DNA from: a virus
Taxonomy: Duplodnaviria > Caudoviricetes
DNA: 49,383 nt
Direction: 5' to 3' (one strand)
IMG/VR virus record: IMGVR_UViG_3300027533_000006
Span: 1 to 49,383 of that record
Shown here: positions 37,325 to 45,451 of the stretch, one piece after another
Layout: every line of letters begins with the position of its first letter
Numbering within the stretch: position 1 is the stretch's first letter
The notes under the pieces: generated by a model
The model's database searches: none
Seen by the model: the letters and a program-made list of their open reading frames with translations, nothing else
Told to the model about the DNA's origin: nothing
Made by a program: the position numbers and the translations under genes

Positions 37325-38430
37325 TAGCCGACGCGCTTCCACATGTACACGGCGATGTACGGTGGGAGGTTGGGGTGCGGCTCGTTGTCACCACTCAAGC
37401 CAACCTTCACGTTCGCGTTGCCAATCTCGGTACTCTTCATCGACGTGCCCGAGGAGACCCATCCAGAGGGAGGTGCGACAACCTGCGTATTATCGCTGTC
37501 TGACGGCATACTGCTCGGGTGGATGTGCCCGTCGTCCCAACCCGGGTGGCCGTGTCGCGCTAGCTGCGCTTCAGTCAGCACGACCGTCTTGGCTCCTCCC
37601 ACTTGCTCCGGTGATGCAAACTCCCCTTCTCCCTCGCTCACACCTACGAGCATCCGTCCCTGTCCGAACCGGGCCCACGCTCCGTAGCCGAGCAACGTGG
37701 TCGGGCTGGTTGCCACCACACTGAGGAACACGGCACCGATGGGGAAGGCCTCTCCTCCCCCTCCTCCACCTCCCACTCCCGACGTACCCCCGTTGAACGT
37801 CGCGAGACCGTTGAACACAACGGGAGTATTGAACACAACAGGCTGAGGCCCGTTAAAGGTCGCCTGCCCTGTATCGAAGGTCGTGTTCCCGTGGAAGAAC
37901 GAGTTTGAGTACGCAGACAGGCCCCCCAAGAAGGTGGCCGAGGTGTCAAACGTCGTGGCGCCGACGAAGTGTGTAGTCGAGACGAAGGTAACGGGGTTGT
38001 TGAACGTATCCGATCCACCACCCCCTCCACCTGCCCCCACCACGAGACCGGTCTTCGACACGGTCAGGATGGGGGCCCCGTTGATCGTCATGTGGATGAG
38101 GTGGCTGTCCTCTGCAGACGCCACATCCGTGATGTCCATCCGCAGCCCGTCGAAGTGGACACCCGGCCCATTCCAGGTCTGACTTAGCGCGATCAGCCCG
38201 CCCCCGCTGGACATAGTGTTTCCGCCACCCGTGAGCGCCGTGACATTTGGCCCAGGCGTGAGGGAGACGTGACGGTGCTTCCCATCGTTCACGAGGTCCA
38301 CGTTCCAGAAGTGCTCCACGTCCGCCCGTTCCCGGACGTCCAGCTTGAACTTCCGGATCTCGTCATCCCCCGCGCTAATGAGGTCCGTGCCCTTGGGACT
38401 GGTCTCGTTCCACTGATTGGTTGCTGCCAT
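37324..38430 (-). CDS. Short fibre/spike with T4 gp10/gp12-like C-terminal domain
   Basis: FPIGAVFLS...P..LLG.G.W...GR.LVG...GG.KT..LT...H.H...NLPPYIAVYMWKR. Confidence 0.75.
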   Translation of the reverse strand: MAATNQWNETSPKGTDLISAGDDEIRKFKLDVRERADVEHFWNVDLVNDGKHRHVSLTPGPNVTALTGGGNTMSSGGGLIALSQTWNGPGVHFDGLRMDITDVASAEDSHLIHMTINGAPILTVSKTGLVVGAGGGGGGSDTFNNPVTFVSTTHFVGATTFDTSATFLGGLSAYSNSFFHGNTTFDTGQATFNGPQPVVFNTPVVFNGLATFNGGTSGVGGGGGGGEAFPIGAVFLSVVATSPTTLLGYGAWARFGQGRMLVGVSEGEGEFASPEQVGGAKTVVLTEAQLARHGHPGWDDGHIHPSSMPSDSDNTQVVAPPSGWVSSGTSMKSTEIGNANVKVGLSGDNEPHPNLPPYIAVYMWKRVG

Positions 38431-38434
38431 CGCG

Positions 38435-39049
38435 TTACCTGAACTTCACCTGCACACCGGTCAGTCGGTCGTTCTTCTTCTGCTCCCGCAGTGGGAACCG
38501 CATCCCGCTCACGTGCATCCCGATCTCCTGGCCTACGGCGCCGGCTTCCTCCAAATCGCGGAGCGCCGTGAGCCCGATCTTCGTGGCCCACATCACCACC
38601 AAGATGTCGTAATTCTCCTCATAGGGCAACACGGCCGCTCCGGCCCAGCGGACAGGCCGCTCCACGTAGTACAGCCGGATCACCTTGTCCTCTTCAGCCA
38701 CACTGTTGAAGAAGAAGGCGTTGCCCCACGTGTAGAATCGAGTGGGCGTGGTGGTCTGCTTGTCCGTGGCCTCGATCAGGTCCCTGTCACCCATCGTCAC
38801 GGGCCTTCCATCCGTCACGTTGTACAACCACTCGGGCCACCACATACTCGTGGGCTCCACGAAGGTGTCCGATCCGGCAAGCAACGGGATCTCCACCGTC
38901 CGCTGGAGCACCCGATGATCGTAGTGCATCCCGCACTTGTACATCGCGTCGTTCAGCCACTGTTCCCGCAACGGGTCGACCGCGTCAGACCGGTTGCCCA
39001 GACGTAGGAGGAGCTCCGCCGAGGCGTCCGCAAACGTTCGCCGTGCCAT
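38435..39049 (-). CDS. Head-tail adaptor (tail tubular protein A-like)
   Basis: About 200 aa, WLNDA helix, position after the capsid cluster. Confidence 0.65.
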   Translation of the reverse strand: MARRTFADASAELLLRLGNRSDAVDPLREQWLNDAMYKCGMHYDHRVLQRTVEIPLLAGSDTFVEPTSMWWPEWLYNVTDGRPVTMGDRDLIEATDKQTTTPTRFYTWGNAFFFNSVAEEDKVIRLYYVERPVRWAGAAVLPYEENYDILVVMWATKIGLTALRDLEEAGAVGQEIGMHVSGMRFPLREQKKNDRLTGVQVKFR

Positions 39050-39285
39050 TACAGATCCTCCACCACTTCAGGAAGGGGATCGATGGGCTGCTCGAGAGGA
39101 AGGGTCAACCTCGTCCGCGGCGGGCCAGCACCAGGCTCATCGACACAGCCCATCGTCTCCGGGCCTCGGCACACAACGAGGCCGTTCTGTACAAGCACCT
39201 TCCTCCGAGGATAATCCAGGCCACAGCGGCCGCAGGTATACCACTCCTCACCGAAGACCCGATTCGTCTGCCTTGTATCAAGCAC
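39049..39285 (-). CDS. Small Zn-finger protein
   Basis: CGRCG..Y...NGL.VC...C.D motif. Confidence 0.7.
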   Translation of the reverse strand: MLDTRQTNRVFGEEWYTCGRCGLDYPRRKVLVQNGLVVCRGPETMGCVDEPGAGPPRTRLTLPLEQPIDPLPEVVEDL

Positions 39286-39474
39286 TTACGTGAGCCTCAG
39301 ATTGAGTACACCGGTCTGGTTAAGAAACCAGATGAGGCAGATCAGGATCACGACGACCATGATCACTGTGGCGATCGGGTTAGGGACGCCGAACGCCGTG
39401 GTCAGGCTCCGGGTGGCCCAGATCAGGACGCAGATTACGAGGACGACGGCGAGGATCGTTAGAACCGGCATCAC
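39286..39474 (-). CDS. Two-TM membrane protein, holin candidate
   Basis: Two hydrophobic helices; RBS GGAGG. Confidence 0.55.
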   Translation of the reverse strand: MMPVLTILAVVLVICVLIWATRSLTTAFGVPNPIATVIMVVVILICLIWFLNQTGVLNLRLT

Positions 39475-39513
39475 ACACCTCCGTGACGGCTGGTCACGTT
39501 ACCCCCCACCAAG

Positions 39514-39792
39514 TTAACGGAGAAGGACGAGGACTTGGCCCCCTGCGGGCATCGAAGTGACGACCATCCCGCGGCAGGCGTAGTGGTTCCCCTGGAGGAA
39601 GTCCACCTCGTCCACCGTGTTCTTCGTCCGGTAGTGGAAGATCACGTCTCCCGCCCCGTCCGTGATGGTCAACGCGTCTCCTGCCACTCCAGCGTTGGTC
39701 TGCAGCACGACGCTCCGACAATGCACGACAGGGTCATACCGGTCCCCAGTTGCGTTGAAGATGAGTGACCGAGACTTTATCAAGGTTGCCAT
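39514..39792 (-). CDS. Hypothetical virion protein (92 aa)
   Basis: RBS AAGGA; beta-rich. Confidence 0.75.
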   Translation of the reverse strand: MATLIKSRSLIFNATGDRYDPVVHCRSVVLQTNAGVAGDALTITDGAGDVIFHYRTKNTVDEVDFLQGNHYACRGMVVTSMPAGGQVLVLLR

Positions 39793-39835
39793 CTATCATC
39801 CTTTCCAGCGCTGCCAGCGCGGATTCAGAGGTTGC

Positions 39836-39979
39836 TCAAGTAAACTCACTGCGCCAGCGCTTTGCGTGGAGTCGAAACTCCGCAGCTGCCTGCGAGTTCC
39901 CACTTCGTGCAAGCCCCGCGAGATACAGGAGTAGCTTCCACAAGACAGCTTTACGCTGCTCCCTGTCTTGTGGAAGCAC
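39836..39979 (-). CDS. Small hypothetical protein (47 aa, MLPQDREQRKAVLWKLLLYLAGL...)
   Basis: GTG with a GAGG RBS; fills the gap; 5' end lies in a 15-bp hairpin. Confidence 0.45.
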   Translation of the reverse strand: MLPQDREQRKAVLWKLLLYLAGLARSGNSQAAAEFRLHAKRWRSEFT

Positions 39980-39989
39980 CCTACTTACC

Positions 39990-40406
39990 TCAGTGAACGA
40001 AGCTGCCCAGGCTGTAGATCGTCACACCCGTCGGCGTGACCACTGCGCTGAATTGCCGCGTGTTGTTCTGCACCAAGGACATCGTGCCACTGAGCGTTAA
40101 ACCGGCTGCCGTTCCGAAGTTGATGGTCTCCGCAGCATCCGCCGTGTTTCGAATGCTGAAGTTGAACGACATACCGGGGGTAGGCGTGACCCCGAGTGCG
40201 GCCGTCAACGCTGCAGTGATGTCAGCGGCCGGCGGGAACAGATCGTTCCTTGACGCACCATTGGGGTCTCTGAGGATCAGTCCACCCAGGAGCTGCTGCG
40301 CGGTATACGTGACCACTCCCGCCGTCGCTATCACGGAGGGAGAAGTGAAGGTCATGACACCCGGCGCTTCGGTCGTGACAATCGAGCCGAAGGTTGTTGA
40401 ACCCAT
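39990..40406 (-). CDS. Capsid decoration-like protein (138 aa)
   Basis: Directly after the capsid gene; T/A/G-rich. Confidence 0.6.
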   Translation of the reverse strand: MGSTTFGSIVTTEAPGVMTFTSPSVIATAGVVTYTAQQLLGGLILRDPNGASRNDLFPPAADITAALTAALGVTPTPGMSFNFSIRNTADAAETINFGTAAGLTLSGTMSLVQNNTRQFSAVVTPTGVTIYSLGSFVH

Positions 40407-40409
40407 TGC

Positions 40410-41330
40410 TTAACCTCCGCTCGATCCGTACACTCCGCGCCACTCGCTGAAGCCCCGGCTGTACCTCGAGAAGGTCTTGAACATGGCGTCCCCGGTCAGG
40501 AAATCGTCGGCGTTGCCGTACTCCGGCCGCGTCCTCCACCAGAACTTCATGTCGTGACCGCCCCGAGCCTTGCGCTGCCGCTTCGGTGCCACAAGGAACC
40601 ACTGGTCCGGGTCCGTGAAGTAGCGGACCAGCTGGTAGTTCCTGTCTCCCGACTTGACCACGTTGACCTCGTTGTTCGCCGTGTAGGGCTTGAACTCGGA
40701 CTCCATGATCTCTCTGGCCACCCACTCGAATGAGGGGTCCAGGAGTACGGTCGTGGGTTCCACGTTCACAGGCCTGCCCCGATCATCCACGAGGGTCTTG
40801 AAGTGGTCCAGGGCCGCCTGGTATGCAGTGAAGCTGAAATCCACGTCCACGAGTGGCCGGTTGGCGATGGTCCCTCCCCCGTCGAGGCGGGGATGTGCCG
40901 TGTGGCACAGGGCCAGTCCGTCTTGGCCAGCGAACGCCGGGTTGAAGGCGTTGTTCAACACGGACCACGCATCGATCTCGATCTTGTACGCGGCGCTCCT
41001 CGCAAGCTCCGCGCTCATGTCGTTCATGATGTCGTAGAGGTCGTCGTCGAACATCTCCCGCGTGATGCGGAAGCCGAGGCCGTAGCTGGAGTGCGTGTAG
41101 CGGACGATCGCACCCTTCACGGGGTCGTCAAACGTGGTCGCGGTGCCTTCCGGCTTGCTGACCATCGATCCGAGCCCCGCCATCTTGAAGTCCTCTTCAT
41201 ACGCCCGTTTGCTGTCGCGGACGTTGAAGATGGGGACCCACGAGGGAGGAGTCGCTTCCATCTCGTTGAACATGACCTCGTAGAGGCCAGGGGCGAGGAG
41301 CTCGGAGAATCCACCTGATGTGACTGCCAT
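40410..41330 (-). CDS. Major capsid protein (HK97 fold, Mu gpT-like family)
   Basis: 306 aa; KPEG....D, YGLGF.ITRE..DD..Y, DG.AL....HP, WRG.YGS motifs; follows scaffold. Confidence 0.85.
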   Translation of the reverse strand: MAVTSGGFSELLAPGLYEVMFNEMEATPPSWVPIFNVRDSKRAYEEDFKMAGLGSMVSKPEGTATTFDDPVKGAIVRYTHSSYGLGFRITREMFDDDLYDIMNDMSAELARSAAYKIEIDAWSVLNNAFNPAFAGQDGLALCHTAHPRLDGGGTIANRPLVDVDFSFTAYQAALDHFKTLVDDRGRPVNVEPTTVLLDPSFEWVAREIMESEFKPYTANNEVNVVKSGDRNYQLVRYFTDPDQWFLVAPKRQRKARGGHDMKFWWRTRPEYGNADDFLTGDAMFKTFSRYSRGFSEWRGVYGSSGG

Positions 41331-41344
41331 TCAGATTCTCCTTC

Positions 41345-41866
41345 CTACAATCCAGTGTTACCCTGCCACTGGCTGATCTGCCAATGGAAGAGCACATGTG
41401 GCCTGATGTCGGTGAACAACATGTTGTCTCCGTCCCAGTACTGCCAGATGACCACGATGTCGTCCGTGACGTCGGCCGCGTCCACGTACCAGATTCCAAG
41501 CGGAGCGACTACGGCTGCACTCTTGGCGATCCCGTGAGCCATGCCCCGCTTGGCCAGCGTACCCACGCCGGTCCCCTCGGCCGCGCTGGTGTCGAGGTAC
41601 CCTCGGAAGAGGACCCCTGGAGCGCAGAGCTCCACGATCTGTTCCACGGCGCCCTCGCCGACTGTGTTCTTTCCATCCGCCGTCGCGACGCCCATGTAGA
41701 CTGCGGGATCCGCCCCGCACTCCGTGAGCATACCGTCTGCTCCCACGAAGCAGACAGCACCCTTCTTGAAGGTCTCCGTTGCCCCCTCGGGCCATGCGTG
41801 CCGAGGGAGTGGAGTCCCGAAGATCGTCTTGACGGCACGCATCGGGATTTTCGGTTGCGTTGCCAT
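41345..41866 (-). CDS. Capsid cement/minor head protein (173 aa)
   Basis: F.KG..C...DG...GVA pattern; upstream of the capsid gene; RBS AGGAGG. Confidence 0.6.
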   Translation of the reverse strand: MATQPKIPMRAVKTIFGTPLPRHAWPEGATETFKKGAVCFVGADGMLTECGADPAVYMGVATADGKNTVGEGAVEQIVELCAPGVLFRGYLDTSAAEGTGVGTLAKRGMAHGIAKSAAVVAPLGIWYVDAADVTDDIVVIWQYWDGDNMLFTDIRPHVLFHWQISQWQGNTGL

Positions 41867-41880
41867 TCAGCCTCCTACCT

Positions 41881-42315
41881 TCACTTCTTCGAGTCTTCGT
41901 CGAACGAGGAATCGCTCGACGTCTCGTACACTACTTGCTTGGGTACACCCTTCAAGCCCGCAGCCCTCATGAGCCGTTGAGCATTCTCATTGTTCTGCGC
42001 AACCATGGTGTCGAAGGAGGCTTTCTGCCGCTCTCGTGCATCGCGCTTCGGGGCTGCCACTCTCTCCTCGAAGGCCTCATTACGCATCCTCATGAGGACG
42101 ACATCCCCACGAGTGACGGAACCACCGGACGCGGGGTTCCCTGTCTGTTGCCCCAGGACCGTCGCGGTTCCTGGAGGCAACGGTGAATCGGGCTCCGTAA
42201 CGAATTCGAAGCCCTGCGACAATCGTTCACGAACTACGTGGTCCTTGGTGTTCACCCAGCGGTAGTGCCAGCCGGCCTCCGGCTTGGGCACTGCGAGACG
42301 ATCATTCATCGGCAT
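41881..42315 (-). CDS. Conserved head-cluster protein (144 aa)
   Basis: P....YRWV.......GFEFV...GD.VLM motif; start re-assigned to ATG 42315. Confidence 0.7.
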   Translation of the reverse strand: MPMNDRLAVPKPEAGWHYRWVNTKDHVVRERLSQGFEFVTEPDSPLPPGTATVLGQQTGNPASGGSVTRGDVVLMRMRNEAFEERVAAPKRDARERQKASFDTMVAQNNENAQRLMRAAGLKGVPKQVVYETSSDSSFDEDSKK

Positions 42316-43111
42316 AGTCAAATACACTCTTCCGGCCAGCGGGCCGGGTTGGGCCAACACCCGTGCTGTATCGGTCCACGTCGGCTTGCGTGAACCCACG
42401 GCGCTCCAGCTCCACCAGGTACTCGGCCTCGTTGAGTCCCATCTTCTTAGTGAAGCGGCGGATCTTGTCGTTGAGCTGAAGCTTCGATTGGACAACGGGT
42501 TTGGGCTCCGCCCGCGACCCAGGTGTCGGGGCCGCTGCGCCCCCTTTCGCCTTGGGAGGAGCCGCCTTAGCCTTCGGGACTTCAGGCGTAGGATCGAGTG
42601 ACCTCGTTACGGGGGGAGTAACCGGCTCCTCTGCATCCGGTTCCTCAGCCTCAACAGGTGGCTCCTCCTTCGCGAAGACCCTCTTTGCCGTCTCGGGGTC
42701 TTGCTGCGTCTTTACCAGGATGTACACCCGTCGATGAAACCCCCGCTGGATCCGCTGTTCCAAGCTCATCCCTGACTTGGTCTCGGCGACCACCTGCCTA
42801 TACGTCTTCTCGGGTGTGAGACCGGGGACGGGCCGGTCGTAGTCTGAGACCGTCGCAGCGAACTCATCCTCGTCCAACTTCTCCTGTTGGGAGGCGAGGA
42901 GCATCATCGTCCTGTCCACACGGCCCGCAGCGTCTTGCGTGAGCTTGCTACCCGGATCGGAAGGGGGCCTGGGCGCTGTACGTCCGGCAGAAGTGCCTTC
43001 CTCGCCCTCAGAGCGTGTTTCCACCGACTCCGCGAACTCTAGCACGTCCACGGCACGGTACCCCTGGAATCGCCCCTCCGTTATGATCCCGTTCTCGTCC
43101 ACTTTAGGCAT
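42302..43111 (-). CDS. Scaffolding protein
   Basis: Acidic, Pro/Ala-rich linker, C-terminal L......KMGL.E.EY. Confidence 0.7.
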   Translation of the reverse strand: MPKVDENGIITEGRFQGYRAVDVLEFAESVETRSEGEEGTSAGRTAPRPPSDPGSKLTQDAAGRVDRTMMLLASQQEKLDEDEFAATVSDYDRPVPGLTPEKTYRQVVAETKSGMSLEQRIQRGFHRRVYILVKTQQDPETAKRVFAKEEPPVEAEEPDAEEPVTPPVTRSLDPTPEVPKAKAAPPKAKGGAAAPTPGSRAEPKPVVQSKLQLNDKIRRFTKKMGLNEAEYLVELERRGFTQADVDRYSTGVGPTRPAGRKSVFDYADE

Positions 43112-43331
43112 CGGTCTCTCCTCGATCTGACGTGATAGACCTTCTCAGGTCCGCGTGAAGCTTACATAACAGGCGGCATGCCCCCTGCTCCTGACGGAGC
43201 TCCTCCGGCAAGTCCGCCAGCCGCATCCGGCGGTAGCATGCCTCCAGCTCCTCCTGGAGCCATTCCAGGACCCATTTGTGGGCCCGGGGTGGGAGCTCCT
43301 GGAACTCCGCCAAGCGCGGGGGGTGGGGCAC
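43104..43331 (-). CDS. Small post-portal protein (75 aa) overlapping the portal C-terminus
   Basis: RBS AAGGAG; helical with EELRQEQG motif. Confidence 0.6.
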   Translation of the reverse strand: MPHPPRLAEFQELPPRAHKWVLEWLQEELEACYRRMRLADLPEELRQEQGACRLLCKLHADLRRSITSDRGETDA

Positions 43332-45081
43332 CTGCTACTCCTTGAAGGATGGTCTGGATGTTGGGGACAATGGTCTCGACATTCTCTACGTCGAACCGCT
43401 CCACGAACCGACGGATCAGGTCCTGGGAGGCCATCATGATCATGAACGAGGTCTGCTTGGCCTGCGGAGGAACTTGGGGGTTGAACATCATCATGGAGGC
43501 CTGGCTTAGACGCATGTAGTACTCGTTCAGCACCGCCATGAGCATCTGCAGGTTCTGCAGCTCCAGCTCCCTGTTCACCTGCTCGCTGGTGACCTTTAGA
43601 CGAAGTCCAAGAGAAGACCGCACGTCTCCTTGAGGGAACATAATCCGTTTCCCGGGAATGTACTCGTACCCCTCGGGGCGATATTGCTGCTCGAGCTGGA
43701 TCGTAAGATACAAGAGCTCCGCAAGAGCATCTCGCATATCATCGATTGATACCCACTGTCGGATGTTACCTTCGGAGATAAGAGCAGTTGTTCCAGTAGC
43801 AGTTGCTCGAGATCCGACAATACTGGATTCCATGCCGAGGTTGTAGGAGGACATCCCACTGGCCTTCTCCGCCAAGAACGCCGCCTGGTCCTCGACCCGC
43901 TGAATCGCGGGACCTGGTTCGCTCATGTGAAGAATGCGGACGTCCTTATCCGGATTGGGCGTTACGATGCGGGCCCCCGGATAGATCTCCTGTTGGGGTC
44001 CAAGTGTGGACTCCTCGGAGACTACGACGATGCCTGCGTTGGCCGCAGTGGCCGCGTCGATCTTCTGGTTGTGCGCTGTACTGGCCTCGTCTTGGAAGGG
44101 GACGGTCTGCTCCGCTACGGACTGACCCTGCACCTCGTGGGCCTGGTTGAGGAAGGGCACCTTTACGATGTGGTGGGCCTTCCCGAAGAAGGGGTTGTAG
44201 ATCATGCTGAGGAAGCAGTCCCCGTCCAAGCTATAGGTGAGGATCAGCTCCTCGAAGACCGGCTCGGCCTCGTCCGCTGCGTCCTCTCCCGGAGGGATCT
44301 CCCACAACCCGTGGATCTCGTACACCTCGTACAGGGTGCTCGTGGTCCCCGTCGTCTGGCTGTTCTCTGCACGTGCGCGCCAGGCCGGATCGCTCCGCTC
44401 CTTGTTCGTACTGCGAATTCGCTCCACGTCGTCGAAGTCGCCCTTCGCCTCCTTACGCTTCAACTCGGCCCAGGTGTACCGGTGCTTAATGGCTTTCCAC
44501 GGGAGCTGGCCCCACTCGTCAAAACCGTTCGGATACAGGACATCGCTCGGACTCGCTACATGCCAGAATACACCTTCGTACTCCACTACTGGCACTGTCA
44601 CGATGTTCCCGGACGGGTCGTACATATGGCTGTCCCGCTCCCTCTTGATCCACCTGGGCAAGACAAAGCTGTCGCCACACAAGCCCATGTCGAAAGCCAT
44701 GGTGCGGAGACCAGACTTCAGTCCACCGTTCTCCACGAACCATGTTAGCCATTCCCGGATGTCCTTTTCCAGGGGCTCCCACTGGGCACTCTTAATGGTG
44801 ACCTCCACGAGGTCCGGAGTGCCCATGATCGCTTTCTGGAGCCGCGCGACCACCGCGTCAATCGTGATCTTCACCAGGGGCACTACGATGTTGCTGGCCC
44901 CTGGCCACGGGAAGTCCTTCTTCTCCGTCTTCGGCCGGAACTTGTAGGCCCGCAGGAACCCGGCAAAGCGCTCCTCGCGCTTCATATGCGTCTCTACGGC
45001 AGACGTGAGCTCATCTCGGACGCGCACACGGAGCGTGTCCTCTTGAGCGGGTTCCAGCGTGACGGGAAGTGGTTCAATCAC
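43162..45081 (-). CDS. Portal protein
   Basis: 639 aa following terL; FPWPGASN and ATAT motifs; low-complexity tail. Confidence 0.85.
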   Translation of the reverse strand: MIEPLPVTLEPAQEDTLRVRVRDELTSAVETHMKREERFAGFLRAYKFRPKTEKKDFPWPGASNIVVPLVKITIDAVVARLQKAIMGTPDLVEVTIKSAQWEPLEKDIREWLTWFVENGGLKSGLRTMAFDMGLCGDSFVLPRWIKRERDSHMYDPSGNIVTVPVVEYEGVFWHVASPSDVLYPNGFDEWGQLPWKAIKHRYTWAELKRKEAKGDFDDVERIRSTNKERSDPAWRARAENSQTTGTTSTLYEVYEIHGLWEIPPGEDAADEAEPVFEELILTYSLDGDCFLSMIYNPFFGKAHHIVKVPFLNQAHEVQGQSVAEQTVPFQDEASTAHNQKIDAATAANAGIVVVSEESTLGPQQEIYPGARIVTPNPDKDVRILHMSEPGPAIQRVEDQAAFLAEKASGMSSYNLGMESSIVGSRATATGTTALISEGNIRQWVSIDDMRDALAELLYLTIQLEQQYRPEGYEYIPGKRIMFPQGDVRSSLGLRLKVTSEQVNRELELQNLQMLMAVLNEYYMRLSQASMMMFNPQVPPQAKQTSFMIMMASQDLIRRFVERFDVENVETIVPNIQTILQGVAGAPPPALGGVPGAPTPGPQMGPGMAPGGAGGMLPPDAAGGLAGGAPSGAGGMPPVM

Positions 45082-45316
45082 TGTAAGTCCAGGCTTTCGA
45101 ATGAGATTGTCTGCCTAGCGCCGGCCGGGCGTTGCGGACGGCGGCCGGGACCTTCTTTACTTGCTCCCTTTCTTCCCGGACGACGCTGCGCCTCGCCGTT
45201 GCTTTTTTGGGTTTCCCTTTGGTGCTGACTTCGACGGCTTCATCTTCTTCATCCTTCTTCTCCCCTTTCGCGCCGAGGACGGTGTCTCGGACGTCTGCCC
45301 ACTTCTTCTTAGCCAT
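45074..45316 (-). CDS. Small charged protein (80 aa)
   Basis: Packed between terL and the portal. Confidence 0.65.
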   Translation of the reverse strand: MAKKKWADVRDTVLGAKGEKKDEEDEAVEVSTKGKPKKATARRSVVREEREQVKKVPAAVRNARPALGRQSHSKAWTYSD

Positions 45317-45336
45317 GAAACTATACCCCCCACCAA

Positions 45337-45450
45337 CTAGCGGTCACGCCCGGAACCGTGTCCCTTGTGCTTGATGGCGTACAGTGCTCCCATAAAGAGG
45401 AGAGCGAACGCGAGGATGATACAAACGATCGCGATGTTGAGGATCGTCAC
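45337..45450 (-). CDS. Small membrane peptide (37 aa, MTILNIAIVCIILAFALLFMGALYAIK...)
   Basis: Starts right after the terL stop; single TM helix. Confidence 0.45.
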   Translation of the reverse strand: MTILNIAIVCIILAFALLFMGALYAIKHKGHGSGRDR

Positions 45451-45451
45451 C

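Noticed and set aside
39840-39930. tRNA-like GGAGTTTCGACTCC T-arm on the minus strand
   Set aside because: I could not build a cloverleaf, and the region reads as a small ORF. No tRNA gene was recognised anywhere.
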